64,000 bases of DNA from Chara braunii (lineage: Eukaryota > Plantae > Charophyceae), in the NCBI GenBank assembly GCA_003427395.1, contig BFEA01000010.1, positions 1,369,091 through 1,433,090 of the forward strand, given 5' to 3'. Shown one piece after another: positions 12,000 to 26,282 of the stretch; the first letter of the stretch is position 1, and every line of letters begins with the position of its first letter. The position numbers were made by a program, and so were the translations under genes. Under the pieces are notes generated by a model. It had not been told where the DNA came from, did not search any database, and saw only the letters and a list, made by a program, of their open reading frames with translations.

Positions 12000-14900
12000 A
12001 GCTATTGCAAGTGTGAGTATGCTCTGATTTTCCCTTTGTTTTTTTTTTAATGACGACCCTCCTGGCCACCATATGGGGCTTGTAGACAAACCTGCCCAGA
12101 ATTATACACGTAGATCCGTTTCTAAGTCTGACGTCTGTGGTTGTGGCTGGGGCCAACAACCATGATGGCACCCCATTGTCATCAATAGGGCCACTATGGG
12201 CACCCTGCAGACGCAACACCCCCATGTTGGATCTTTCTGATCCTGGGGGTGGGGTCGGGAAAAAGGACACTAGCGCATGGGGAGTGAGCTGAAGGAATAA
12301 TGACGTGATTACCTTCATTCACATCGGTAGATATGATGGTTAGGGGTTTACCAATGAAAAAGGGAGGCATGGTCTGAATAAAACACTGAGTCCAACCTTC
12401 TCTTGACGTACCTGCGCTAGGAAAAATAGTCAAAATTTCATAACTTCCAGAATAATGGTCAAAAGAAATACAAGAAAACCTGTTTTGGAAATGAGACAAC
12501 GTCAGCTATCTCCTGAGAATTACGAGGTAACTAATTGAACTAACCCTGAATAGATAAAAACGAGGGAAGGGGGAATAGTCAAAGTCAGTCGCACAAGTGT
12601 GCGGTTGTGGTGAGACGACGTCACGCTGTCGATCTCACTAAAATCGAGGGTCCAAAGCCATCTCGAATTATTGCCCAAGGCCTGGAGTGTCGAGGACTCA
12701 CCCCACCACAACTATAAAAGAAGGCAATGCCCCAATAGTTGTCACACAAGGAGAACGTGTTGTTGGAATGGTCGCACACTGTAAGGCATTCGTGAGTTGC
12801 GGGATTACTTCGGGAGTGTTGTTGGGAGTCTACTTGAGAAGTTGTTGGAGCAAGGAGGAGGAGCTTGAGCCACCATAGCTACAAGGTGGGGGTACCCTGC
12901 GTCTACTTTGGGTTGGTACCGGACCTGCGACACATGAGTTAGGGACCAGTCCATTAGAGAGGGACCTCATCTCCGAGCTTAAGGGAGCGACATTTTTTTA
13001 CCTAGCTTTGGCGAAGGGCTGGGTGTTAATATTTTTTGCACTTGGATGTGGCCGACGTGAGTGTGCGTGCTACCGGAGTAATGGAGCGATGAGGCTATGT
13101 CCGCATGAGGAGGAGTGTTGTCATCCTTGTCGTATATGGGGGTCGACATAACCTTGTGGAGGTATCGTGGGACTGTCATTGGGCCTAGATTTGACGCCAA
13201 GGCGGTGCCTTTATTATTTTGGAGTAAGGATCTCGGTTTGCGGCTCCACAAGGTGGCGGCATCGCTCACCCACTTGTTGACGACTCACGACGGTGGCGTC
13301 ATTTTTTTTTTTTAGGGGACGTCCACTAACCGGACGATATTCCAAGTGTACCATCCCGGTCCGAAGGAGGTGTCGAGTGTCTCGTGAACTCAAGACGAAC
13401 AACAGGGCAAACTTGTAGCAGTCGTAAATTATTTTTTCTTATGGAGATAACGACATAAGTTTTTGACGTTCTGGTTCGTACCGACCCACAACACCATTGG
13501 GACCATTGGGGTTGTGCCGCGTCGACGGTTCTATAAATCGGCATCAAATTTAAGTCGCTCAACGATGAAGGATTTATTTTGAAGTGCGTCGGTAACCGTC
13601 ATTGCATTAGAGTCAGTGGGACCAGTTGGAACCGGTGGTTTCACTCGTCACTTGTAGGACTTGCCGAGGCCAACAAGGGTCGCTCAAGAATTATTGAGAT
13701 TTTGGACACTTGTGATTTTTCGATCGGGACGTTTTGGGAGTTCGATTGGAGTTCAAGGTTTAACTTGGCTTTCTTGGGTAAGTCATCCGCATCAGCGACA
13801 CTTCACTTAAGGTCAGTGAATGACTCAGACCCCCTCACCCTCTCGTGAACCCACATTTTGCTTTGCCTAATTTTTTTCTTTAAATTTTCAGTTGAAAAGA
13901 CGAGGTTTCATTGTGTGTGTTCAAACGTGAGAAAAAAATGTACTCTGACCTCGTGTGTAAGGACTTGCAACAAGTGTGACGTTTTATTTGTGCAAAATTT
14001 TAAATGCTTTCTTGTTTTAATTCCTAAAATTCTTGGTCCATTGAGGGTCACGAGGGAAGAATATCGTCGTTGATTTGCTTTTCCTCAATCGGTTAGGCAA
14101 TTCCCGCATTAGGAATTTAACGGTATGGGTCGTTCGTTATATTACTGTAAGGTGACCCTTGTCTATTACCCACGACAAAATTTGTTAGATGCGGTGAAAC
14201 TGGTCGACGACACTATTTTATATTTACGATTTTTGCTTGACCTATCTAACACGTAGAGAATGACTCCGACAAGAATGCATCTAGCTGTCTCATCTGGCTC
14301 GAGTGGGTACCACGGAAGGATGGGCGGACTCTGGATCAAGCTTCCTGTTTCCTTAAGCATTTTGAGACTAAGTAACAATCGGATTCACCTCACGCTCGCG
14401 CTGCTCATGCCTCGACTGATAGTTCGGCACATGTCCGACATCGCCCTATTTATAGCCCAACCTCTCAAGTTTCTTATGTCGTTCGTTATTTTTAGGACGA
14501 CTGCAGGAGTTAGTCCGCTGTCGCCTCCATCGCTCATCGTGCCAAGCTCTTGGCTAAGGGAGTAAGTCGGTCAACCGAACCGATGGGGGTGTGGGTAGCG
14601 AACAACTCAAGTGCCGTAAGTGAAGCTCCCTCGTGGTCTTCCATCCGGCAGATGTCTACCCAATCGAGGTGGAGCTTAGGGAAGACCAAGGAACCATTGA
14701 GGATCCGCCATAAATCTACGCATTTGTGAGTTCGGCCACGAAGTTGGTACTAAGCCTTGGCGTTTGTCCTCTCAGGAAGATGCAGTGGATTGACATCGGA
14801 GTCGTTTATGACACCATGAGTGAGACAATCCCATGCAAGTACGAGGACGAGATCGTGTGGTTGTCCCTGCGCATCATGCGAAACCACCACGCTCGGAAAG

Positions 14901-15900
14901 GACTATTTGTGTTCATCCGACACTCTGACCGTGTAGGTCCGTTTGATGTCAGGTTTCGTGTCCGAAAGAGATGCGGTGATGACACCCTCAAGCGGCAGGA
15001 AAAAGTTTGCCTAAATGCTTTCGTGTTTGATGACGATTTTCTTGTAGCGCAGGATGGCAGGAACTTAGCGCGATCAAACAATTCTTAGGTATCCCTTGAT
15101 ACGGGATATGATCGATGCAGATCGCATCGCCTGAATGGAGAGGATGTCGATGGTGTCCGATGGGGTACATATCTGCTCGATGCCTCATCTTCGTCGAAAT
15201 CATCAACGGCGGATGCGGGTTTATTCTGGAGGCACGATCGAAGGTTCGACTGAATGTGATTTAGCGCTCGAACGAGTTTCAAGGACATACACTGTACTTC
15301 CAACGCGCCTCCAACATACAGCTCATGTCTCAAGTCATTGTCGAAGTGATTTTCCGACCTTCTGGAGTGCGAACGATGTTCCTTTGGTTTCGAGATACTT
15401 TCGCTTGACCCTTAGGCGACTAAGTATACATTTCTGGTTCATCTTTTTGACATTTGCGCCACGAATGACGGAGATCTACAGCACAAGCGATTTACAACTT
15501 CGATGTCGAGGACGAGTGCGGAGGTTGGCGATCAACGAGGCGCTCATTAGGCAGCACGCTCAGTTGGATAGGCGCGTTTAGACAACTCGCATGCTTTACA
15601 GTCACTAGTCGTCACCCTTTCGTTATAGGTCCCTCTTGATTGGACCATCGAGTGGATGGTAGCTGGATAAACCCCTATGATTGGACTATTAGGCTTCGCC
15701 TCGAGGGAATGGCCACAATAAAAGTTTTAGGTCACCTCAATGCTGCCGATCAAGAAAACGTGGTTAGCCGCTCCGATAATTATCATTCCCGCTCCAACTT
15801 CGTGGGCGTCCTCATGAGGGGCAAAGGCGCACAAAGGTTTTCTCCTTTTTTTTGTAGATATCTAACTTGGTAGACACTCGTGGCTAGGCAAAAATTTCTA
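12000..15900 (-). mobile_element. Possible very old Ty1/Copia pol relic
   Basis: weak motif echoes in Copia order: TSNG..ECRMN (INT-like, ~14950), KMLKETGSLIQSPPILPWY and VILYVLD (RT-like, 14240-14370), GMVHLEYRP (RNase H end-like, ~13340). Confidence 0.3.
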
Positions 15901-16699
15901 CGGTAGATACGAAGTGCCATTGGATAAAAGGAAGTAACGAGAAAAAAATAAAGAAATGTATGGTTATATTGCTATGATACGTTGGTATTTTTTAAATTTC
16001 ATCAAGCAAGTTGCAATCTATGTAAATCGTGAATGTTAATTGTGTTAAGAAAGTGACCACCGCATCGATCCTATGCTCATCAATTGTGGGACATTCTTGA
16101 AAATGCTTCATCCCTCTTGTGTGATAATAAATCTCGAAGTATCATTTCTGTTGTCAGTTTTGTGATCCTTGCGAAGGACTACTGCTTTAGTCAACATGAG
16201 AGATGTTCATCCTTAAGTGTTTGCATCTATGTGTTTGTTCCGACATCTGTATGTTTTGATTGCGACATCTATGTTTTCCTTTCCATGGAATGAGCCTTTA
16301 TAAAGGGGCTGAAAACATTCAGAGTTCGTGATCGGCCCAACCAAGCCTAGCCGACCAATGCGGTTCGCGCTGTAAGAGATTAACATCCTATGGAACGAGC
16401 AACGGTCGGGAATCGATCGACAGTTATCTGTAAGTTACATGTTCTACGACGAACGAGCAAAAGACCCTTAGCTGGTCTACCTCTGCAACTGCATGTAAAC
16501 GTTTCCGTACGTAGATCAGTAACTGGGTAGGGATACGCATCTGAGGATGGTGACAACTCCTCCGGGAAGAAGAGTTGTGTCTCGTGGGACCCTGACCTGT
16601 CGTATGATAACGTGAGATGTACGGCTGGCGCACTCGGTTAGAGCGGCAAACCCCATCCTTCACGTTAATGGACTTCGGGGAAAACATCCTGACTCTAAA

Positions 16700-19600
16700 A
16701 GTAAAAAATACAAACTCTTGTATGATGCAGTCGGGAGGTCCCCTTTGAGGCGACTCGAGGGGGCCGTTGCATCTGACAACGCACTGTTACTGAATCAAAC
16801 TTTTGTAAATTCAGTATCTACCTCGAACCACCTCTGCTTTCCAAAAGCAGAACCAATTATTAACATAAAGTATGCCGACAGATTCAACAACGTTACTCAC
16901 AATTTTATTGTCGAAGTATTTTCTACCTTTGCTTCCTCTTTCTATGCGTACTTGGTTGTTACATTATTCCAAGGAACAAAATCTACAATCCGGATTTTTG
17001 TCATTTGTATAATAACTAAATCCTATTTTGTCCTCTACTTATCACTAAAGGAAAAGGCATCACAGAACTTCTGACACACTTTGAAGAAATATTTTCTCCT
17101 TAGGCTAGATAAATTAATCTGAGTCAATCTTCATAGTGTTAAACCTTTCTCTGTAACCTTATTCCCAAGCTTTGTTGATTTCCTTAGAGCCTTAATAATC
17201 CTTCTTCCTTTTTTTCAATGCCTCATCATCATCTTTTTTTATTAAAACAGTTACCAGATTTTTTGTCACCCCTTTAAGCTTATATTTGTTTTTCGACCCG
17301 GTAATTATTTTCCTAAAAAACGATTAGTGGTTGCAGACCTCAGCATCATTTTGCCACTCTTAGCAAATTCAACACCTTTTTTTTTAAAATTGATCTCCCA
17401 TCATCATTCTTGAGCCGACCAAGTGCTTTCATCATTTTTGAAATTTGATTAATATCTATTGAAATTTTTCTTAAGCTACCCATTTACTTTTTTTTTCTAT
17501 TTTGTCAACTATCTGCATAAAATTTTTCTTTTCGATTGATTAGCAGATAACTGGCGGCTAAGATGGTTTGCAACACAAACCATAAAGGTCTATTTTTACG
17601 CAGTCTCTAGGTTATGTAGTACAATTCAGGAAGCTTTATTATGACTAAAAATTTTGATGGCTTCCAACCTGCGTAGAAATGAGGTATGGAGGATGCAATC
17701 ATGGTTCGATTATGGGACCATGATTCCTAGTTACTCAACCGAGCTAGTTCCAACCTTAATGGTCAGATTATCAATGAAGGCAGTTAGAAAAATGATTCCA
17801 ACAATTTTACTCAGTTAATGCTTTGTACGTCTATCAATAATTAAATCATGAGTCTTCATGGTTCTTTGTGAAAGAATAATCATTTCGACTTCATAATCTA
17901 GCATGATTGATGTAAACGGTAAGATTTACAGATCCCATGGTTGTGAGTCTTGACTGACAGTCTGAAAGTGATATTGACACTTGAATAGGGAATAACTTAG
18001 CGCCAAGGTAGTTCACCTCTACCTTTTTCTTTTCAACTCACCTCTTAAGTTATTTGCTTAGCTTAGGTATCAAAGTCATTATTTCTTTGAAGAATAGAGT
18101 AACTTCAGTCTCTTCCAGCATCTTAGTAATCACATCACCAATCACCACTCCTTCTAATTCACTTTAGAGAACAATTTTTTTTCCATTTTCTTGCGTCTTT
18201 TCTTGAGATATGGTGATCTGCTCTTGTTCACGAAAAATCTCATTTAGACTTTCTTCAACCTTTTTTATTTTATTTTCTTCAATCATCTGCGGAGACATGT
18301 AAGTTTGAAGGTTCCTTACCTTACAGACTACAATCGTTAGGATCTATGAGAACCTCAAATAGTAAATCTCTCTCGAAAGTCGTCATATTAACGAAATAAG
18401 TGAACCTCCTATAATGTCTCGTCATCTGAAGAGGGCTCTGAGATGACGATTTCTCTTCTAGTGGTGAGGAGTTGAGGAGACTTCACTAGAGAAGTCATCC
18501 TCTAACGTGATAACTTCCTTAGGTAGATCCATTACTTTTAAAATAACTTCGGTCGTCGTACAAGTTCATCAAGTAACTTATCAATAAAACAATGAACATT
18601 TACATTTGATTTTCTCTTCTTTTTCTTTTTATTATTGTCCTCATGCTTAAGGGTTAGCAGTCTCATCCCTCCAGGATATCTTTGATCTAGTTTATTCCAA
18701 GAATTGTCACAAACATGGTCAATGACATTTTTTTTTTCTGTTCAATTTTTCGCATTCTCTTCCACGGTTTCACAATAGGTAGTAGTACGATTTTTTTTAC
18801 CACAGTAATAGTTAGTGAAATTTTTCCTTGGTCGGTCTTCATATTTACCTATTTCTTTGTTGCCTTTTCAACCATTACCTCCATTCTTTCTGACTTTGAA
18901 CGCATTCTCTTTCTCTTTCTCATCATCGTCATTCTCATCGTTGACATCTTCCACCTTTTCCTTTTTCTTTCCTTAAGTAGTGTGAGTTGTTGGCATAAAG
19001 TTTGTTATCACATTCTAAACCTAAACAATCCGTTTAGTAGTTGCATTACTTTGTTTATTCATCTCGTTTGTTGCCTCCCCGTCTTTGGTTTACGTAACGA
19101 TATCATAGAACGATCATTTCTTCTTGGAGAAAGTAGGCAAATTTAAAATTTCTCATTATTATCACAATCTCATCTCATCTGAGAGGATAAAGTTCGGATC
19201 TTCTTCGCATCGTCTGCCTCTCACTTTCATTGAAATTAATCATAAATATGTGGCACATTTTAGCTTCATCAAGATAATGAGTTATTCTCGCTGTACGAAT
19301 AAAGGTTTGAAAAAAAACATCTAAGTGTCATACTTAGCACTCTGGATATTAAAAAAGTTTTTCGTAGTCGTAAGAATAGAGTCTTTCTCATTTCTCTCTT
19401 ACGTCTTGTTATATGGTTTCTCCGTCCGTCAACTCTTTGATAGTCAATCTTATCTCCGACTCATAATATGACAATATATGTTTAACTAGTGAACATCAAT
19501 CCAACTATAATAGAGCTTTTAAACAGTTCATATCATCAAGGAAGTCATCAACCTGTGGACTCTTGAAGCATAAAGTTTTCTCATCTAGACGCTTTGCTCT

Positions 19601-22020
19601 GATAATGTCTCACCCACCTTTCACAGCTCCACTTTATCCACCAATTCCCTAATAACATTCACCAGGGTCTCTTCATGAGTTCTCATTGAAGAACTACTTC
19701 TGATAGATAACTGATCTCGCTCGAATCAATGACAACTCTCGAGGCAACGTTTTTCATGCGGTCAAGAAAATATGCAAATACTCAAGCCCGTTCAAGCTAG
19801 AAAGGTTTCAATTTAAGATTCTCAAAGTTTTCTCAATCTTGATATTGTTTTATTATATCACAATTTCAAAGATGGGTTATTCAACTCAACCAAGCATTAT
19901 CTCTCATTAACTCCACAAATATCATAGATTAGCGTCAAAAGAAGCAAAACTCGTAAAGGATATAATCAGCAATCTCAAATCTGTATTCAAAAGTATCGAG
20001 GAACAAAGACTCACAGTTAAATCCTCTTTTGCTTTGACTACTACAACAATAGATTTCAGAAGAGACATTCATTATCTTTTGTCCTCGAAGCGATAAAATA
20101 GTCAAAGAGTTAGAGAGTTTTTCGAATCGCCTCACTTTCACTCCCAAGTCGCTTTCATATGCAACTTTTCAAACCACTATTTTGTTTTTTATGAGGTTGA
20201 TGTGAACTCCTTCAAGCATTCCAAATAATAAGTCCCTTTCTCTAACTCTGTTGGGGCATAAATTTCCACATCCAGACTACTAGTAATAAGAAACTTAATC
20301 ACTGGAACATTGAATATCATATTACCACTTCCTTAGATCTCATATCTCAAGATCATGAAAGAATTGTCACACTTAATCACCTTGTTCAACTAACCTTACA
20401 ATAGATGTTTTTGCCACTTACATTCGCCTTAAGAACTTTGTGACTTTTTTTCTTTCCAAACAAAATACACAATAATTCTTCAATTATATCGGAAAAGGCA
20501 AACTCCCTTTAAGGGTGGAGAAGGTATTCAACAAAAGGGCTTGACATAAGTATTCAAAGTGAAACTTTTTTTTTTTAATTCAAGTTTCATTCTCTCGTCT
20601 AACAGAATGTTGGCTTCTCGTTTTTAACATTTGTCATAATTATAACCCTCACCTTTTTTATGACACATAAATTTTGACGTCGTACTCATTAAGTTCAATA
20701 AAATGGCAAGTTATGACATACAGATTATCGTGCTCTCATCCTTTCTAGCTTATTCAGAGAGTCTAACAGTTTCGTAGTGTCTACGTCCTTTAACCTCTTA
20801 TATCCTCTTATATGTCGTAACCAAAAAATTACTAGTGAATTCATCAACGTTTTTGATACTTCAATACCTTCATAGCAAACTCAACTATGGTTGACCAATT
20901 ATACATTGAAAGTTTAACATCAGGTAGAGCAAGAATTAGAACCCCTCAAAGGAAGGGACATGATTAGACCAAATGAAATTATAATTTTATTTTTTTTTCC
21001 TCAAGTTTTTCCTTCTCCTTCATGACCACATCTTCATCAAAGCCTTAACATCTTCCATAAGTTAGTTCCACATTTCTTTCTTTGAGAACATGTGTCCTAA
21101 CATCATACTCATCGAAGTAATTGAAATAACAAGTCATAATATATAACCGTTTACCTTCCCATCCGCTTTCAATCATGTCATATTTATACGGGAATACTTC
21201 TTTAATACTTCCCATCATACGGGAATACTTCTTTATTGCTCAGTTAGTTCAAAAAATTCAACAATTCCTCTACCTTTTCCTTGCCCGGATTTGAACCTTT
21301 TCCCAAACTCTAACCTTGGTTGTTTAATTTCCTCTACACACACGTCTCTCGTCTCATGATAATGTATTTAATTTTTCTCACTTATTAATGATAGAAAACT
21401 AGTGACTCTCATCACAATAATTATTAGGAATATGAGGAATATTCACCAAATCATAGGTCACTAACATTAAACTTCATTCCACTTTCTTCCTTAGTCTAGT
21501 TAGTTTTTCCTTCTCGTCATAGATAAGTTGAATGACAATTTTCCATAATCAATTAAAATATATCATTCCAATAAATGAACCAATACCACACAGATAGTTA
21601 CATTATGAAAGCAGTAAGTTGAACAATGTTTGTATTGATATGAAAATATACCTTACGGTCCCTTAGTGGTGAATTTAAAAATTTCATTCAATGCATCTTT
21701 GACCGACATTTCAGATAGAGAAGTTCATGATTTTTCAACCTTCTTTTTTAACTCTAAAAAATACCAATGCCTCTTGAGACATACTTTTGACTAGGTCTGA
21801 TCCTCTCCATCAATCAGTGTCAATCTCCTTATCCATTCCAGGATAACTCCTCACTAACGAAGAGATAAGACAAAGTTAGTGACTACAATTTTCAGGAGAA
21901 TCAACTGAGGATTAAGAGATTGTCACCAACTCTCATGTCCTAATAAAAACTCAAAGACTTTTGTTGACCCAAACTCGTTCCGAATTAAAAACATTTTCAT
22001 CTCTCCGGCAACGGCGTTAT
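16700..22020 (-). mobile_element. Decayed Ty3/Gypsy internal region
   Basis: minus-strand TAACGCCGTTGCCGG (~22006-22020) resembles the Athila-type PBS TGGCGCCGTTGCCGG; RT echoes RDQLS..MRTH (~19690) and FLDD (~19545) at expected spacing; many stops. Confidence 0.5.
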
Positions 22021-25000
22021 GTTTATCGCACTGTATCTGAATTTATGAAACACATAATCGGTATATGTAATTGACTACATTTAAGTATGACCATGAAATT
22101 CTCATTTGCATTAATTATGACCAAATAGTCTGAAATATAGTTTGAAACACAGTACCATACGAGGACATAGCATATACAAGTTTTTGAAAGAAATTATCAC
22201 AATGATCTCTTTTGATAACTACCCCGTCAAAATACACAAAAATTATATTAATTTAATCATTAAAAAAAAATTGTTACGTTTATTCATAGAAATAAAAAAT
22301 CATTTTATTTTTTTTACAATCAGACCTCTGTCGGCGATCGGAAAATCAACAGGCTGTGACGCATGATTTTTATAAAATTTGTAATGAATAAATAAATAAT
22401 GCAAATCCCTTCTTGTTCTGTGCGTTCGGCTTCCAGCGAAACCCTTCAATTGCGATTTTTGTCGGATCCTTGTCTTAGGAACCTTCAATTAAATGGTTTG
22501 GAATAACAATAATTATGCAAATAATAAAGTTAAAATTGAATTATCATATGTATATCAAGTTTCCAAAAGGAATTTCAGAACTGTGATATGATCAGCAGAG
22601 AGCATAGCATCAATCAATGTGAACGAAGATCAATCATAACACGCAAACTTCAGACAAAAACAAGATGAATGAGAGAAGGTGATAACTCGTAACAATCTTA
22701 TAGAGTACAAATGAAAAAATATAACCAACATTCGTCAAAAGTCATCACTCATCCCTCTGAAGTCTCATCCTTAGTCTCTCATTTCACCATTCATCTCAAA
22801 CACTTTAAGCCATGTCTATATACTTCCCAAGATTGTGGTATAGAGATAGAGTCACATAAAGCCCATGAGTTCCAAATAAAACCATCCAAGGTCAATAATC
22901 CAAAAGTCGAGCATAACAAATAACTCTTCCTATAAGGTAGAAAGATATGGTATGGAGAAAAACACTCGCCGAAGATGGTCAAACCCAAAGGGTTCGGTTA
23001 CTGCCTCATAATCAAATATCTGCTTGAGAAAACTACCACTTTGCCAAGTCCACAAGGTCTCCACAACAAAAATCAGCACAACTGCTGAATGGGATAAGAG
23101 GCATTGGATATTTGCATACTTCTTAGGATTAAAAATGTAGATTAATTTCTCATTCTCTGACAGCCAGTTGAATGTCCGTCCATCAAGGTGAACTGCTGCA
23201 ACCATCAACATCGAGTCAAATGAACTGCTGCAACCATCAACATCGAGTCAAAACATGCATGACCCTTCTTTCCTCTCTTAATGTAAGGCCTCAAATCATA
23301 CACTGACGTCTAGCCAAACTTCGTGAGAACAATACAGATAGTAAGGTCCTCCTCTTTAAAACTAATGGTACTGATATAGAGATATGGCGCAACCTCCTTG
23401 GAAGCAATCTGGTGTCAGCCGGTGTCGACCGGCTATAGCCTACCGTCTCCCTTTACTTCCCCCTGAGAGGACGATAACTAAGGACTAAAATTCAATTTTT
23501 CAGTGTGTTCAGCCTGATTGAGGTTCGTGATTGCAATCGGGGACATGAAAATTATTATTCAAAGACAAAATCACAGAATATCCGTATTTTGGCATGACGA
23601 AGATGAGACACGTAGCTAAAAGGGGATGCTCAATGACTCAGTGAAATGTTGTTAGAGAATTGAAGGGAAACGAGAAAAAAAGTAATTGGGCATCACTCTC
23701 GTTCGATTGGGAAAAAGGGTTATGCTTGTATGTGCGTGTGTGGTCGCGAACGAAAGTGGACCGAGGAAAAAAGTTACGCCAGAGACTTCAACAAAGAAAG
23801 GTGGAAAGACTGCTATGAAAGGGGAAGCAGGGAATATCAGTATTTGGACGGAGGTTGCGGTGGAACGATTGACGAAGCTTCCAAATTGGCTTATCTTAAT
23901 TGTTTTTTCTTGTATTTAGTTACGATACTTTATACTTTTCTTATAAGAGTTTGCTTCATGAATAATTACAAACCCCTTTAATCCGTCGTTAATTTTTTCA
24001 TTGTTGTCTTTTCGCTTCACACATTGATAATCAATTTATGCTGTGGAAAAGAGATTTTTCACCTTGTATCTAGATGATTGAATTTGCATCAATAAGAATC
24101 ATTAATTATTTTCAAAAAAAATATTTTGCGAACTAGACCGTTAGTGGGGTTAGACTCGTTTGCGGTAATAAGTGTGAAATGAAGAAGGCTAAGGCTGGTT
24201 CGGAAATCAGAGGAAAATACTCGAGGCCTGGGGTAGCTTCAGTACCAGGCCACTACGAGTTCCAGATAGCATGGCCTGTTTCGTCGCACTCACGCCTGTT
24301 CGGAGGACGAAGTAGGCTCGGGCATTGGATCGGGACTGGGCCCGGTACCATGACGCTGCAATCTTCTCGACATCTCACTCGACTCTTGGTGGTACCGATA
24401 GGCTGGAGGCTGCTGCTGCTGGGCCCAGCAAAGTACTTAAGCTGGACTGAGCCCGTTCTTGGGGGATCCCCGGGAGGAGTACAGGAGGGATGGGCGCACG
24501 GGAGGGTATGGTCCGTAGATGCATCAGTTCCATGAGGGTAGAGTGACGCACGTGTGTGCCTGCGAACGGGGACGTTGCGCATCGAAGGGGTATGATCCCT
24601 GTGCGCACGGAAGGGCCAATCAAGGATGCTCCCTCTCCGAGACGATACATGCGTACGAATCATCAAAACATGCTTCGAATCAGACAGTGATCCGTACCCA
24701 CTCACGAAGAGAAGTAGAAGGGGGGAGGAAAGAAAAATCGAGTCGGGAGAGAGCGGAACCGCGCGGGGCAAAGAGCTACGTGACAGTGCAGGAGCAATCC
24801 GAGCTCATGTGGGAAGCTCAATCAGTTGCGCGCGTGACAAAAAGTCGTAGATAGGCTTGCGCGAGTGCAGATCCGCTGGGCCGTCAATGGGAGTTTGTAT
24901 TAGGACGCAATCACAGGCAGGTGCGTCTGGTTGCCTGGTCGTATTAGGACGCAATCACGGGTAGGTGCATTTTGTGGCCAGGTCGTGATCACAATCACAA

Positions 25001-25137
25001 TCATTCGAGTGTTCGACAACGCAGAATGATGTTGGCAGATATGATCGTTGTGGGAGCGAAGACGCCTAAGTGAGCGAGAATGCACATGAACGAGGACTGG
25101 AAGAAAGGAGAGAAAAAGAGGAAGCCGAAGAGGAACG

Positions 25138-25196
<59 letters not shown>

Positions 25197-25963
25197 GTTC
25201 GATTCGGAGCTGGTGCGGTCAAGGGGAAATTGACTAATTGAGACAAAGCATTGTCGTGGTCCCAACGGATGTTGACGCAATGCAAGTTTTGCCCAGTGCT
25301 CTGAATGTCAATGTGAAGAGATTCAATCAAGCGCAGGTAAACGGCGGGAATAATGACGTCTCCTATGAGTTAGCCAAATTCCACGCCATCTACTTAGTTA
25401 GGCACGTGCACGATCAAGCGGATCCAACAAAGCCTTGCAATGGTCCCAACGGATGTGGACGCAATGTGATATGCTCAGTGCTCAGAATGTCAATGTGAAC
25501 AAATTCAATCACGCGCGAATAAACGATGGGAGTAACAGTGGCTCTAGTACCAAATGCTTCGTCATCTAATTAGTGTCGCGCATGAGTGGATTAACGAGAT
25601 TCCCACTGTCCCGATCTATCATCCTGCGAAACCACAACCAAGGGAACGGGATTGGAAAAATCGGCGGGAAAGGTAAAGTCACCTAATTGGTCACGCGCAT
25701 GAATGGATTAACGAGATTCCCACTGTCCCGAACTATCATCCTGCAAAACCACAACCAAGGGAACGGCCTTGGAAAAATCGGCGGGAAAGGAAGAGTCACC
25801 TAATTGGTGACGCGCATGAATGGATTCACGAGATTCCCACTGTCCCGATCTATCATCTTATGAAACCACATACAAGGGAACGACCTTGGAAGAATTGGCA
25901 GGAAAAGAACACTTGATTGGGCTCGATTCTAGTTCAACTCTGTAAAATGACTTTAGAGGTGTA
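25197..25963 (+). pseudogene. Degenerate 28S/26S rRNA fragment in four overlapping tandem sub-copies, spanning the R2 insertion-site region
   Basis: matches conserved LSU text: GCCCAGTGCTCTGAATGTCAA..GTGAAGA, GTAAACGGCGGGA, GCGCATGAATGGATTAACGAGATTCCCACTGTCCC, AAACCACA.CCAAGGGAACGG; flanked by (GA)n. Confidence 0.9.
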
Positions 25964-26217
25964 AAAGCCGCAATTGTCGACGCATGAGCTATGTGCGGAA
26001 GGAGCTGAATGAAAAGGCGGAGCTTGCGCGGGATAGAATTGTTGTGCGGGGACTGCTGCACACGGGAGGGAATGCATTGTAGAAAAAAAGAAGAAGCGTA
26101 GATAACAGAGCGTGAGAGCGGGAGAAAGCGCACGGGAAGCAACGGGAGAGCACGTGAAGTCGAAGAGCGAGCGCGCAGAGGGCCGAGAGAGAGCGCGAGG
26201 TAGTGATGGAATGCACG

Positions 26218-26282
<65 letters not shown>

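Noticed and set aside
23417-23445. Perfect hairpin AGCCGGT-GTCG-ACCGGCT as a Helitron end or terminator
   Set aside because: No CTRR at the expected distance and no U-tract or other support.
25197-25963. Functional rRNA gene or R2 insertion
   Set aside because: Short, mutated and internally duplicated; no R2 ORF present.
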